A stretch of 63,617 nucleotides of DNA, filler included, from Rhabdomonas costata (GCA_019059605.1; 21 parts of 21 records of this genome joined end to end with filler, not necessarily neighbours in it); one strand, 5' to 3'; numbered from the whole stretch's first letter, positions 12,503 through 25,699 are shown. The notes: generated from the sequence alone by a model not told the origin. Numbers and translations are program-made.

Positions 12503-15004
12503 TCACAAACCCTCTGGGGTGGCTTTGGAGAGGTCCGCGCCGTGCCGCAGTAGCAGCGAGAGGTGCTCTGGGTTGCCGTACATGATGGCGTGCATCGCCG
12601 CGGTGACGCCCTCCCCAGTGGCGGCGTTGGGGTTGGCCCGGACAAGGGCGGCGGTGTGGGGCTTTTCCGGGTGGGCCCGGCGCCGGTATGACGCCAGGGC
12701 GGCGGAGATGGCGCGGTAGCGCTCGCCCTCGGGGCGGCCCACGGTAAGCAGGGGCTCCACCTCAGCCACGGAGCGGTAGCAGCACCCGTCAAGCAGCCGC
12801 CAATCCACCTCCGCCTGCAACTCCATCTGAACTTCGTCGTTGCCGTAGTCCAGCGCGGTCATCCCGTGCGCGTCCAGAGCGGCTGACGAAAGAACGCAAA
12901 ATCAAAAATCAAAGAGAGGGGCTGGGGAAGAACCTCTCACACACCTCCTCCGTCGAATTGTGTATCATGAGCCCGCAACACCTTGTGCCATTCAATTGCA
13001 CTGGAGTCTCAATCATATGACTGCGTGCGCAGAAAAGCATACCAGAGCGAAAACGGGACCTTCAGCGACGCGTAAACTCTGCCCACGGCAAGTGCCGAGG
13101 CGAGCGTGTTTGTTAGAGTGCCAACCAATGCTGGTTGGTGCAGGAGCCCTGCAAGTAGCCTCCCTCAAAAGGATCCTCCACCCGTACAGTGTCACGGGGG
13201 CAGCCAACCAATCATTCCAGCTGAGAGGTGCGATTGGTGAGAGGTGTGGTTGGTTTGAACGTTGGGAACGGGGGGTTGCACCGGCAAATGTATTTTTCTG
13301 AGGTCGTAGGAACAAGAACTGGACAAGAAGCATATCTGGCAAATCAGAAAATCACAGGGCGAAATTGAGACCGAAGGGAGAGCCGGGGGTTTACCATGAA
13401 AGAGTGCGGTAAGCGGGGGCGGAGCGGAAATGGGAAACATGCTCACCGTGTGCTTGGGCATATCGAAAAATAGGACCAGACCTCACGCAACAACACCACA
13501 CACAGGTGCAAAGGCTGAATACATACAGACACCAACAAAGTACACAATGACCTGGGTGGGAATGGTAAACAACGGCACGCATAATGAAACCGACTCGAGC
13601 CCATATCACGGTCTAACACGCTGGTCTCGATTAAGCGCTTTGCTGAAGGGAATTCTGGCCCCACTCCAACCAGGACGTCCCCCTGTGAAACAAGGGGGCC
13701 AGCAGGTGTCTGGTTGGGGACATAAGTTGCCTGACCAGAGTCTCGAGCAGTCACGAGAGTTACGATGATGGCTGAGAAAGGTGTGGTTGGGGACATAAGT
13801 TGCCTGACCAGAGTCTCGAGCAGTCACGAGAGTTACGATGATGGCTGAGAAAGGTGTGGTTGGGGACATAAGTTGCCTGACCAGAGTCTCGAGCAGTCAC
13901 GAGAGTTACGATGATGGCTGAGAAAGGTGTGTCACACACATAACTAACACAGACACATACCCAGATTGACGCGGCCGTTGCTGCGCCTTCTCACCCAGCG
14001 CACGACATGGGGCCGCAGCATCTGCGCCGCAGTGTGGAGTACAGTTCGGCCCTGGGAGTCGGCGGCGTTGGGGTCGGCGCCGCACTTCAGGAGCAGAAGC
14101 AGGGCCACGATCTGGTTGGTCTCGGCCGCGCCATGCAGCGCCACCGCCCCATCGGAGTCGCGCCCGTCAATGTTCGCACCTGCGTAATGCGAGCAACAGC
14201 GCCATTTGAGCATTCTCAACTCAAATGGGAAGGGAAGCACACAGAAGCACACACACATACAACACACACACAAATACACCATGTGCATAGGGCGTTGCTT
14301 TCTTGCTTTGATGGAGGTTTTTAGGCCCCTTGCGGGCTTTCAAATGTTCTCCCGCTTGCCTTTCCACCGCACAAAGGAAAACATGAATATTCACATTTAC
14401 TACAGTGTGGTATACATAAATCGTGTGTCTCCTGCTCAGAATATTGCCCATCGCTTCTTCAGTAATGAGCCATCACCCCATTGCACACCCACCAAAGCGC
14501 CAGCTCACGGACTCTGGGTGTAAAGCACAAAGACTGGTTCTTGTGCAGTTCGGACGAGTAAATGAGCCCCTTTTTCTTCACTCAAAGCTCAACTACCCAA
14601 CATCTCAATCCCACTGCTGCAGGGTACGACACAACACGATTTGAAGCGGCGAGGTGGAAAGAATGGAATGCGGCTGGGGAATGCGGCTGGGATGAGGGCT
14701 GTCCCCTGACCCATAGATTGAGCATGCACGAGGAAGAAATGGGAAAAGCCAGCAACCGGTGAAAAGGGAGGCTGCAACAGAAAAATCCTCACAACTCCAT
14801 ATATGTGCGCAACTTACTGCATGAAAGTCCCCCCCAAAAAAAGTGATAACGAAGGAAAGGGTGCAGGTCAGCCCATCAATGCCAACCCCATTCCAGAACA
14901 CAGACCAGCGCGGATCAGCAGCTCGCAGACCCCTGTGTGGCCCTTGTTCGCGGCGTTCCACAGCGGAAGGCCGCCTCCGCAGCCGGGGAGGTTGGGATCA
15001 GCAC
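12503..15004 (-). CDS. Ankyrin-repeat protein, partial (exons 15004-14906, 14179-13995, 12882 to about 12511; one small exon not located)
   Basis: GADPNLPGCGGGLPLWNAANKGHTGVCELLIRAG, GANIDGRDSDGAVALHGAA, GADPNAADSQGRTVLHTAA, GVTAAMHAIMYGNPEHLSLLLRHGAD. Confidence 0.9.
13711..13929. repeat. Three identical tandem copies of a 73-bp unit, intronic
   Basis: tggttggggacataagttgcctgaccagagtctcgagcagtcacgagagttacgatgatggctgagaaaggtg starting at 13711, 13784 and 13857. Confidence 0.97.
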
Positions 15005-16863
15005 CTACCCCCCCCCCCCCCCCCNNNNNNNNNNNNNNNNNNNNNNNNNNNNNNNNNNNNNNNNNNNNTTAATTAATTAANNNNNNNNNNNNNNNNNNNN
15101 NNNNNNNNNNNNNNNNNNNNNNNNGAAGACGATGCCGTTGTGCGAGTTGGTAGAGGGGAGTCAGAAAAATTGCTAACTCGGATGCAGGACGGGAGAGCCG
15201 CTGGAGGGAACCGAGAACACGAAAGAGTCGGCGGTGGGAAAAGTGAGCTGAGTGCGGTAAAAAGTGCAGAGAGCGTAGAGGGTGGATTGGAAATGAGGGA
15301 GACGGGAGAAGGGAAGGGAAGGGAAGAGAAGAGAAGGGGAAGGCCCGACGGGGAGAGCAGAGAGCATGAACATACGGGCCCATGCCGAAACACAAAGGTG
15401 GGCGGAGGAGGGACGAGGGGGAGAAGCCAGGGAGAGAAGGTAGCTTTCAAAGGCACATGCATGAGAGTGCGGGTTGCGCCCGGAACCAAGCTGTGAAGTA
15501 ACCGTAACCCATCTGACGCCTTTACGCTGCTCGAGTGGAGGGGGTAAGCGAGAGATGTGCTCCCTGTGGGCAGGATACGAGATCGGCATTTGTCGGGAGA
15601 AGCTCGGGGCAGAAGAGGAAGCGAGGGGGACTGTGATCATCGGGGTGGATACTGGAGTCGGGTTAAACAGTGAGGAGGAGATTGGGGCGTACCACTCCAA
15701 GGGGAGAGTGGTGAAGGCCGGCCCCACGGCGGGGGCTCCGAACGAGGACTACAGAGAGAGGGGTGGGGAGAAGGTTACGACAAACAAAGGACACAACAAC
15801 AACCAGACGTGACCCCATACACGGCCCATATACGGTCGCGTGCGGTTAACGACAATGATCGATCGATGCTTCGATTTGGGCGTTTTTCTTCCAGATTCGT
15901 GCAGTAGACGGGTAATATACCTGCTGACACCCACGCAACCTGCATAACGAGGAAGAAATATCAAAAAGGTGCGTCAACCACATGGCACCAATTGTTCGCA
16001 TCAGCACAAGCCGATAGTGTCGTATGGGATAGATCAGCAAGGACTCCGAAAAACATCTTTGCTCGGGGTTCAAACAGCTATGCAGTGGGCGAAGGGAGTC
16101 TCACTACAACAGAGTCCAAGTCACACAGTAACAAGGAACCGCCGATTGGTTTGAGCTGAACAATGCAACTGCTGAACATCTGGGCTTCAGCAGAGTTTAC
16201 AACCCAAACTTAACCACGGGGACGACCACATTGACACACCCATGGGAAGCAGGGCACCACCGTGGCGGACTGCTGCAACGGGAGCATCGGGAAGGAAAGC
16301 ATTTGCAAGAGTGCAGGAACGATCAGGAACCCGGAGGCAGGCAAAAACCTGTCCAGGGAACTGCACCACTCCCACAGATATTACCCAGCAAGTTGCAAGG
16401 AGGGGCCCAAAAGTAGGTGCGATCCGAAGAAAAGAGAGAAGAGACTGCCGCGGAGAAAGGAAGGAAAGAAAGCTCACTGTGCCCCCTCAACCAATTGCCC
16501 CATGGTCTTCTTTTCCCAATCTCTGAATCCATAGGCTGGTGCTCTCTCTCACTTCTCTCACCTTTGTCCTCTTGCCAGAATCTTGTGGCGGCTCTCCTCA
16601 CGACAAGAGTCCAAATCATCGCTGCGATACGACGGCACAACATGTGTTTTGGTTTAATCTTGTCTTGAACGTTGCAACCGAGGAAAGCACATACCCGAGC
16701 ACGCACAGAACGATACAGTGAGCATGACTCTCTCGTTGGGTTACTTTATGGTTTGCATGCGATCAAAAATTACAGATCAGCAATCGCTCCCGACGTGGCA
16801 CCACGCAGGAGAGAAGGAAAAGCAGTGAAACAATTTGAATGTCAAAAAAAGTTGAAAGAACAG

Positions 16864-16959
16864 ACCTACTACTGGACCACGCAGGGGTACCTCAACAACG
16901 TCGCCGTGCCGCCCCGTCACCCCCGCAAGGTGTGCCAGGCTCTGCACTGGGTCTGGTAA
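16864..16959 (+). CDS. Putative exon of an unknown plus-strand gene
   Basis: cag|TYYWTTQGYLNNVAVPPRHPRKVCQALHWVW-TAA (or donor TG|gtaaga). Nearly all third positions are G/C, as in the verified exons. Confidence 0.45.
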   Translation, partial: TYYWTTQGYLNNVAVPPRHPRKVCQALHWVW

Positions 16960-17069
16960 GACCCGATGATCTCTCCTCCCTGGCCCGGCTCACCCCTTGT
17001 TTCGACTGTGCCCTTGGGGTTCGGGGTGAAGCCAGCGCCTTCCCCCTCCGGCTTCGGGGGTGGGCAGGC

Positions 17070-17744
17070 CGTGCTGGTGCGTCAGCTGGATCGGGATGAA
17101 GTCGCTGTAGTCGTGACCTTCGCAGTATTTCAAGTCGAGTCAGAGTTCCGCATGCGTGTGTTGTGGGAGAGTGTGGGCCATTCGAACGACTGCTGTGCTC
17201 TCCTGGAGCTGCTGGCAATAACGATAAACCTCAAACCACACACATTATGCAACGGGAATAAACAAATCAAAAGAACGCCATGAAAATGGAGGATTAGGCA
17301 CACTTAGACACTGAGAACGTCCAGAAACTAACGAGAAAACATGCTCCAAAGAATCAAGAGAAAACATAAGACGGGAACATACCCTCTGGCCTCCCATAAT
17401 GTCCCTCCAAAAAAATCAATTTGAGGAGCACACAAGTTTTCGGAGAAGCCTCCCTTCAAGACCTTCGACTTTTCCCTTGTGAGAAGAGCAAATGGTTGTG
17501 GTGACGTGGGCGTTTTCAAAACACCAGTGTGACTTTCGCCAAAGAACATGAACGACCCCAGAAGACCAAATGGACGAAGGGAGTAGGTGGGAGAGAGGGG
17601 TGGTTGCCCCTCTGAACCTCCCAGCAGCATCAGCTTTTTGGTGCGGCAGGGTCCCGCTTGCAGCCCTCCCTCCCGAACGGCCATGTCAACTACGTCCTCG
17701 GCCATCTGCCGGTACGTCGTCCACTTGCCCCCACTGATGGTAAT
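17070..17744 (-). CDS. GPD2: FAD-dependent (mitochondrial-type) glycerol-3-phosphate dehydrogenase, internal exons 17744-17618 and 17117 to about 17070
   Basis: ITISGGKWTTYRQMAEDVVD signature, CRTKKLMLLG, then a phase-1 splice to GHDYSDFIPIQLTHQHG, which matches the next segment of the family. Confidence 0.9.
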
Positions 17745-18471
17745 CTAACAGGAGTTTGGAAGCGATTGTAGGTACTTGGCTACTAGCAAGCGGCGGGCTA
17801 GCAAAGATCGGGGAGTCCTCGAAGACAGATCATCACATGGCTTGATCAGGTAGCGAAAAAGAAAAGCTGGAAATCAGAAATGCACATGACCTCTCCTGCC
17901 TTGTGTCTGGTTGTTCGAGAGGCACGTTTCCCGGAAGCAGAAGGCAGCAGAAAATGAAAAGGAAAAAAACACCTTCAGATTCCAACGTAATAAAGCGGTT
18001 CAGAAAAAGAAAAGCGACATCCACAAGCAACCTCTTTGGGTGACATTGGAGAGTNNNNNNNNNNNNNNNNNNNNNNNNNNNNNNNNNNNNNNNNNNNNTT
18101 AATTAATTAANNNNNNNNNNNNNNNNNNNNNNNNNNNNNNNNNNNNNNNNNNNNGGGGGTGGTGTGACCTCAGCTTCGAGCTTGAGTGGCTCATATTTGG
18201 CGGTGTGGTGTTGAGATTAGTTTGTTGGCCGCTTCTGGGCGTCAGACTCCTTTCCATGCCGAATTATGACCTCCCCCCTCCCGTCCTTCAAGGTCACACT
18301 TAGCTCTTTTTGAAGGTGTGAATGGTGTCACTTAGATTTTGCGGTGGTTGCGGATCGAGCCTGATACAAGGTCTCCACACAAGCACAGAGCGCAGGCCCC
18401 GCACAAAGAAACTTCACTGAGAACAAACCTGCACAGGAAGCAAATGTAGCAACAAGTGACACAACAGATAC

Positions 18472-20726
18472 CCTTGGCGATCATTTTTTGCAGTGCGCCG
18501 AGGTCCCCCTTGAAGGCTGCCGCGCAGAGCTCCTCACGCCAGTTGTCCTGATGCAAAAAGAAATGAAAAAGAGAGCGCGCAATCCCCCCTTCCCTCTCCG
18601 CCGCAAACTCTAAATTCGCTTCTCGCCGAGAGGAAAAGGTCTGGTCTAGCAAGGAGGTGATAAGACAAAATCAAATGTTGCATTTTCTCCAACAGCTTTT
18701 TCAAGCGGCCTTTTATTTTACCTCACACGCGTCTCCAACAGCTTTTTCAAGCGGCCTTTTATTTTACCTCACACGCGTTTTCTGGCTCAAAGGGGTGATA
18801 AGAAGTGACTGAAAACCAAACGCCACCCCAACGTCAAGAGCGGCATGAGTGCCGAACGTTCATTTGCTTTCCAGTAGCAAAGAAGGGAGCAGTTCTGAGC
18901 CGCCGAGTACATGTCCCGGCATAAAAGGAATGAACAGCCTGGGAGAGGAGGAATTAACCGAGAACAGGTTATTGAATGAGAGGCGGACCTGCTTCTGCCG
19001 AGCAGCAGCCTCGGTTGGGGACTCGGCAAGCAGCTGCAAGACCTCACTGTTTCCAAGCTCAGAGGCAATGCTGATTGTTTCCTCCAAGTTGGCACCTTGA
19101 GAAAGCAACCATACACAATGGTCAAAAGGGTAAACACCAGCCTCAAACCAACCACCTGCAACCGCCTCTTCCCACAACCAGAACATTAATGTAATCGGAA
19201 GTCGGACAAAAACACCCACAGCAGCAAATGTGGAAGAATACGTGCCCACAAAAAACACAAAATGACAGCCCCCCCCCCGAAATAAATGAACTTTCCAACT
19301 TGGACCCTTCACTACAACCTCAACCATTCATCTATTCCACTGTAAAAGAGAAGTGACAAACAGGCAGGCTTATCGACATCATCGACGCGGCTTGCCGTTG
19401 CCTTTATTCCGCAGCTTGAGTCCTTCCATCCGTGTGATGTAGTCATGGCCCATCGCCCCCGCCCATCGCCCCCGCCGCTGATTATATCCTAAAAAGGAAT
19501 CGGCCTCTGTTCCCGCATGAGTTGAGGTGTGCCCACCGTTTTGTACGAGGAGGGCAGTGAGTTCTCGGTTTCCCCTCGACGCCGCAGTGAACAGGGCGCT
19601 CACACGGCCGGGCATGGATAAGTTCACGTCAGCTCCTGTACGGAAGCGCACCCACACTTCCGCATCAAGTGAAAAAAGGGCATTATCGGGGAGACGGGAA
19701 CGAGGTCCAAGGCGCTCGTAAAAACAAGGACAGCTGATCCAAAAAAATAAAAGATATGCGGAAGCGAGGTTAACGGAATGAAAAGGGGGAAAACCGATGC
19801 GTATGTGTGAGTGTTGGTGACCGTTATGGAATGACGGCCGCACCTGCTGGCCACGGGGCTCGCGATTAGAACCTTTGGAGCGATCGTGGAGTACTGTCTT
19901 CGCGGGTATCACATGCGGTACTCTCCCTTGGGCCCACTGGTCCCGACCCTTTTCAATTGGCTACATGTGCTACTCCATTGCTGCTCGGTCTCTGAAGCTC
20001 AGCTCTCCTTTATGATGGGGCTGGGGCATTCTGGTTTGGAAACGCACAATTGAGCATTTTCCTTCGGATGTGTGACCGGGGCCGCAACGGTAGCTGGAGG
20101 CGCTGCCGTGCCAGCGCATCGCGCTTCTAAAGTTGCGCTACCGCCTCTTCTTGCCCTCTCCGCTGCATCTCTCCATTGGGCCGTCTGAGTGGCTCTTCGG
20201 GAGTTCACTTTCTGCCTTAAGGTGAAACCGCTCTACGCCTCACCTTTTGTACACCCTCAGTGCAAAGTCCTCCCTTTTCTGAAGGCAGTGGTGCGGAACT
20301 TCAGTGCCACGGGCTTCTGCTGTCCCGTTTGGCTCTCACTTGTCTCTCTGTTGCTCGCCTATGCTAACTTCTCTCTATGTTTGTGTGTGGGTGCGGGTGT
20401 GTGAGCGCGCAAAAGTTTAGCAGGTGAGAGTTGAGGGTGCAGGGATAAGTCGAACAGCTGTGGGCAGGCAGGGAAGGACACATCCGAGGCACACGCTTGC
20501 CGCTCTCTGCATTCCTCTTTCCTCTTTCGGCTGCAAGGGTTTCTGATAAAAAGCTCGACATAGTATTGAGAGCCGTCATCACGCCGCAAAGGAGAACCAA
20601 AACTCAGCTCAAACAACATACTATGCTCCAGAAGTAACGTGGCGAGCTCCCGGTGACCTCTCTCCACCGCAATAAAGAGAGGGCTGGACGCCCCATGGTT
20701 TGTCATGTTCAGGTTCACATCAGCGC
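18472..20726 (-). CDS. Ankyrin-repeat protein, partial (exons 20726-20622, 19635-19537, 19095-18989, 18547-18472)
   Basis: GADVN...SPLFIAVERGHRELATLLLEH, ADVN...SALFTAASRGNRELTALLVQNG, LCAAAFKGDLGALQKMIAKG; all phases compatible with GT-AG introns. Confidence 0.9.
18686..18778. repeat. 46-bp perfect tandem duplication, intronic
   Basis: tctccaacagctttttcaagcggccttttattttacctcacacgcg at 18686 and 18732. Confidence 0.95.
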
Positions 20727-21123
20727 CTGGAAAAAAAAGAGGCTCCCTCTTGAGTGCGGTATTTGCACTCGTCACCTCAGACGATTTCGAGGCAAGTCAT
20801 GATAGTATAGAAGCGGAACCAGTACCTGCGTACAATAGGCATGCCCACACCCAAAAGAACCCAAACCAACCCAGCGTTTAAGAACTTGCAACGAACTTTA
20901 TATCCAAGGAATGGTTCGCTTCTTGGTGCCCTCTTGTTCAAGTGAAAAAAATAACTTTCTGCTGAACTCCGTTTGCATCTCTCCCTCCATTTTAATAGCG
21001 TCCCAGTTACCACACAGCTTCCCACAATCACCGTGGCCCGATTTAGTTCTTCGATGTGGATCTCAAATGAATAAAGCCAACCGCACACAAGTGGAGAAAG
21101 TGCCAGAATTTCCTTCCCAGCTC

Positions 21124-21188
<65 letters not shown>
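21124..21188. repeat. (ACA)n microsatellite at contig end
   Basis: About 21 perfect ACA units. Confidence 0.97.
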
Positions 21189-21189
<1 letters not shown>

Positions 21190-24100
21190 CCAACACCCNN
21201 NNNNNNNNNNNNNNNNNNNNNNNNNNNNNNNNNNNNNNNNNNTTAATTAATTAANNNNNNNNNNNNNNNNNNNNNNNNNNNNNNNNNNNNNNNNNNNNGG
21301 GGGGGGTGGGGCAAAGGCCACTAAGATGAGCGGTTCAGGAAAGTACCTGCAAGGCACAAGGCCTCTTTTGCAGTACTTCCGTGACACACAGATCGGTGTA
21401 GGGACCATGTGCAACGACCCCCTTTCCAAACCGCCTTTTCCATCCCACTACTTCAAGCGAAGAGTGGCAAAAATGGAAGGAAGAACATCCATCATCCGCA
21501 CTGGGCGAAACGCCCCCTTCGAAACCAACGTCACCCAGACGAGACCAGACCGATCAGAGAAATCAGATCAATTTGATGCATCTGAAGTTTCATGGGTTTC
21601 ATTTGTTGTAATTGTATCATGTTGTTTGATGTTTTGTATATCATGATGTTTTTTGATATTTAATGGGCTCAGTTGAGAAGCGTCAGGTGGCGCAGCAGGG
21701 AGCTGCCGCGCAAGAACGATGCGGGGGCGCACAATCCGAGGCCTGGGATTGTACTGCGAAAATAATCCCACCGGAAACTGGGTACCAAACGCGGAAGAAG
21801 ATAAAGCATCGGAAGCGTCGCTGCTTCTTAATCCAAAACTATATACATTCAGCAGCACCACTCTCCGACCGATGCCAGCGTACTTTCCTTTATTAAAAGG
21901 CCGCTCAGCGCAAGGGCGGACATAACTGCTTCAAGAGAGTAGTGAAATTAGTTGGAAAGGGGCATGCCTCTCCCCAGAGCGGTCCCCCATCTCTCCGATG
22001 AGAGCGATGTATTGCAGTGCACGACATACCGATCTATCGCATAAGGAACCTCGGCGTTGCTTCACATTAACATCAATGAAAGTAAAAACACATGACGCAG
22101 CGAAGAAAAATAGCCGCAGAAGCGATCAACTTTTTGGTCCTCTGTTTCGCTGCTCGTCCAAAATGCTCTTTTAGCTGAGAATTCTTCGTTTCAAACTACC
22201 CATTCACGGTCGTTTGCATGCGTGCTTGTGTGGGTGGGTGTGAATTTGGGGCACACTTCGCCGCGAAACGAGTTGATCGTCTCCACCCACAATCGCTCCG
22301 CTTCCGCCATGCTCACCGAGGTGCTCTGAGAGCCGTCCGGCATCCTTCAAGTGAATTGAAAGGCGGGTGCTCACAAGGGAAGGAGTGGATTAAATCTGAA
22401 GCAAAAGAAGAGAACGATGCACCAGCACATGGTTACTCATTGAGAACAGGTTATAGGGGTGAAGAAAACACAGGAAACACGGGCGCGCTGGTCCTTGCAC
22501 CCCAGGCCAGTCAGTGCTATTTCTGGCGGCTCATGTATATTGTAGATGCACAATCTTGTGCCGCTTCTTGCCGGCTGCGGCGGGAGGGTTTGACGGGGGC
22601 CGTGGCTACCCACCTGCTAATGTCGGTGGGACACATCGGGTTATGCCCGCCCACCCTCTCAGGCAAATGTGCCTTCGGCGCGGGGGCGGTAAATTGAGGG
22701 CGATTTTCCCAGACACCCATGCCCGTGTGAAAACCTGAGTTTCGGGTCTACCGTCAACAAAACGTGGATTGTCAAAGCATCCCCCATTAACGCACGTTTT
22801 GGTGAAGCGACTTACGAAAGAAGGGGGGGGGGAGGCGGAGAGCAGGAGCCCGGTGATCTTGAATCCTAAGCCCAGCAAGCCCAGCAGTCTGACAAGATCT
22901 CGTGACCCAGATGGTGATGATTGTTAGGCTTCTCCTGGTGCTGACATACTTGACAAATTTGTTGTGGTCTCGCGCATAGTGGTAATGGTTGTCGAAAAGG
23001 TCCTTGGGCCTCTGATCTTCTTTGCATTTCCGTTCACTTTCGCCTGTGTTCCACTGCTCAGTTTCCCCGCTGCATGCTTTTCACAAGGGCGCTGTGGAGG
23101 ATGGGGTTCGGTTCTCAGTCATCCTTCTCTGTTGGCCGAACCCACATAAACTGTCACCGCCATCTCTTTTCCGTCAAAGTCGGCCATGCAGAGTATGAGA
23201 GCTGGAGTTTTCACAAAGGGTCTCCCATTTTGGGGTGACAGCTGACGGTAGAACCTCTGTACCCTGATTGCGACGGCACTCCGGACAGCAGGCCCCGCAC
23301 CGATGCTCCAACAGTTTGAAAGCAACTTCAGAAGGTGGCTCATTACCAGGCCGAATGGTTATTTTCTCCTGAACTGCAGAAAATGCATTGAAGGGTTACG
23401 GCCATCTGCCCACCCTTTCAACCAACGCGATGATTGCTTGATGATTGCTTGGCCATCCTGTTGGCATCTCCAGGTCATCGAGCAAGGAGTTTTGGTTGGC
23501 AAAGAAAGGCTTGCTTTCCTCGGGGGTGGGGCGTATACCTAGTGCAGACCATTTGTGCATGTTGTTTTCTACGAACAATGGCAGTGACACCTGCCATTAC
23601 ACCAGTCGACGCCCTGCCCCGCGCTCAGGACCTGGTTTTCCATCCAAAAATAGGCACTACCCAGAAGGCACAGCTAGCTGTACAGAGTGTCGGGCAAGGA
23701 TTGTGGCGCAGCAGTGCAGTGAAAAGCCACCGCTCGCTCGAAGGGATGCTGCACACACTGCGGGAAGAATAAATGCATTTGACAGAGGGGGGGGCCCTAA
23801 ATGCACCAGCGCCACGTTCGCCTTTCTTAATTCAAAGACATACTCAATGTCTAGCTTTGAAAAAAAAATACAAACCACGGCATGAGGGGACAGATAATGC
23901 TCCCCCTTGCGACACTGCAGCCCACGCAATCACTTATTTTGCTTTTGGCACTTGTTTTGGTGAGGATGGGGGTTCATAATTAGGTTAATTAATGCTGTCT
24001 AAGCTTTCGTCCGAAGAATTTCTTTTGGCGCCAGCATCCTGCAGTTCCGCGGTCTGCGCCATGCACAGCATTGTGTAGGGTCGAACGACGGGACGAGCTC

Positions 24101-24329
24101 TGGATATGTGACCATTCCGCCCAGCCACGAAGGGGACCCAGATGGAAACTTTGAACGGTTTGTAAGGGCACATCGACGCGCGAAAGAAAAGGTACATTGG
24201 AGCTTCCGAGCTTGTTCAGAAAATCCACGNNNNNNNNNNNNNNNNNNNNNNNNNNNNNNNNNNNNNNNNNNNNTTAATTAATTAANNNNNNNNNNNNNNN
24301 NNNNNNNNNNNNNNNNNNNNNNNNNNNNN

Positions 24330-25119
24330 GAGGCCCTCCACCCGGGCCCTGAGCTCCAGCATCTCCTCCTCAGCCTGGGCAAGCCCTGTCGCACATTTGC
24401 AAAGAGCGACAGGAGCTTGGCGAAGGGCCTCCCAAAAACCTGGCCCGACAGAATTTTACGCTTTCACGGTTTCCAGCTTTTTGGCATTTTCTCGGTACAA
24501 TATCTTATGCATGACCTCGGGTAAAATTATGGATCTCCAAGCAAGTTGTAATTGTATCGATGCCACAGAATGCTTATATCATGTGTGCACATCCGCGCAA
24601 AAACTGCGAACCGTCATGAACCCTTCGACTCCGTAGTCAAACCCACCTTACCGGAGGCCCAAAGTCGATTTCAACCATCATGTTTGCGAATGAACTTTTT
24701 GTAAGTCGAAAGGCAGATTTTTTTTGCTGCGGTAGTGAGGACTTTGTCCATTCCATTTTACGAACCGCTTGGAGGCTCTGAGCGCTGAATGCGGACCAGT
24801 GTGAGTGAGAGATATCCTAGGCAGCAACAGCAATGCTCTGCTTATGCACCCCGGCCACAGCATGCGACAATGCCACCATCAATGCGAATACCTGCACAAA
24901 GACTTCCGTTCGGGTCTCTCTACAAAAGAAGCCACCAACTACCGGTGTTTGGTTGCGCATTTCCCTCGTGCATGGGGCCTGTGAGCGCACGTTCCTTGCT
25001 TGCGAGCCAGCAGATGGATCTGGGTGCGCGCCATTTCTTCCTCCAGCAGTTGCACCTCAGCCACCAGCACCGCGTGCTGCTCCTTAGAAGTGGTCATCGG
25101 AAACAGCTTTGAGGCGGAC
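24330..25119 (-). CDS. Coiled-coil protein, partial (exons about 25119-25004 and 24385-24330)
   Basis: MTTSKEQHAVLVAEVQLLEEEMARTQIHLLA and LAQAEEEMLELRARVEGL; heptad pattern and GC3-rich codons. A direct join needs a GC donor (C|gcaagc). Confidence 0.55.
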
Positions 25120-25699
25120 CTTCATAAAAAGGACTTACGTGAGTACATGCCAAAGCCAGCCGAGAGCAGCCGCCTTCGCATATGGCAGTGCTCAGCCAGA
25201 GAAACAAAAGAATAGGAAGGCCCAACAACGCAGCACAGGGTGTGCCACCTGGATAAAAGCAAGGAAAAAGGGTGGCGGTCAACCGTGTCGGGTTTGTTTT
25301 GATTCTCGATCGCTTTACAAGCCAATGCTCGGCACAACAAAGCCCCGAATATCGAACGGAACCAATTGCCTCCAGTGTATTCACACACAATGAGCACACA
25401 GGGCAAGAGGCACCGACATTTGGGGAGGCCAGTATGAGGAACAACAGGGATTATGGTTTACGATGTGGAAGAAAATTCCAGAAAATCGATACTAGCCAAG
25501 CCTCAAATGTCAAGGGAGAGGTCGATTTTGGGGACTTAGGCGCGATCAACAAGCACGAGGCGCGATCAACAAGCACGAGAACAACATATTCGCATTCCTC
25601 AAACATTAGCTAATACTTAGCCTACATTCCTGACACAAACGCGGCTGGCAGACGCGGTCGCAAATCACACTCCTTCACAATTGTTCCCGCCGACAACCG

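Noticed and set aside
13711-13929. CRISPR array or tRNA tandem (73 nt, minus strand ends in CCA)
   Set aside because: No unique spacers, no acceptor stem and no TTC T-loop.
12883-13994. Phase mismatch between ankyrin exons as evidence of a euglenid-type nonconventional intron
   Set aside because: About 10 residues of the repeat are also missing, so an unlocated small exon is the simpler explanation. No end-pairing stem was found.
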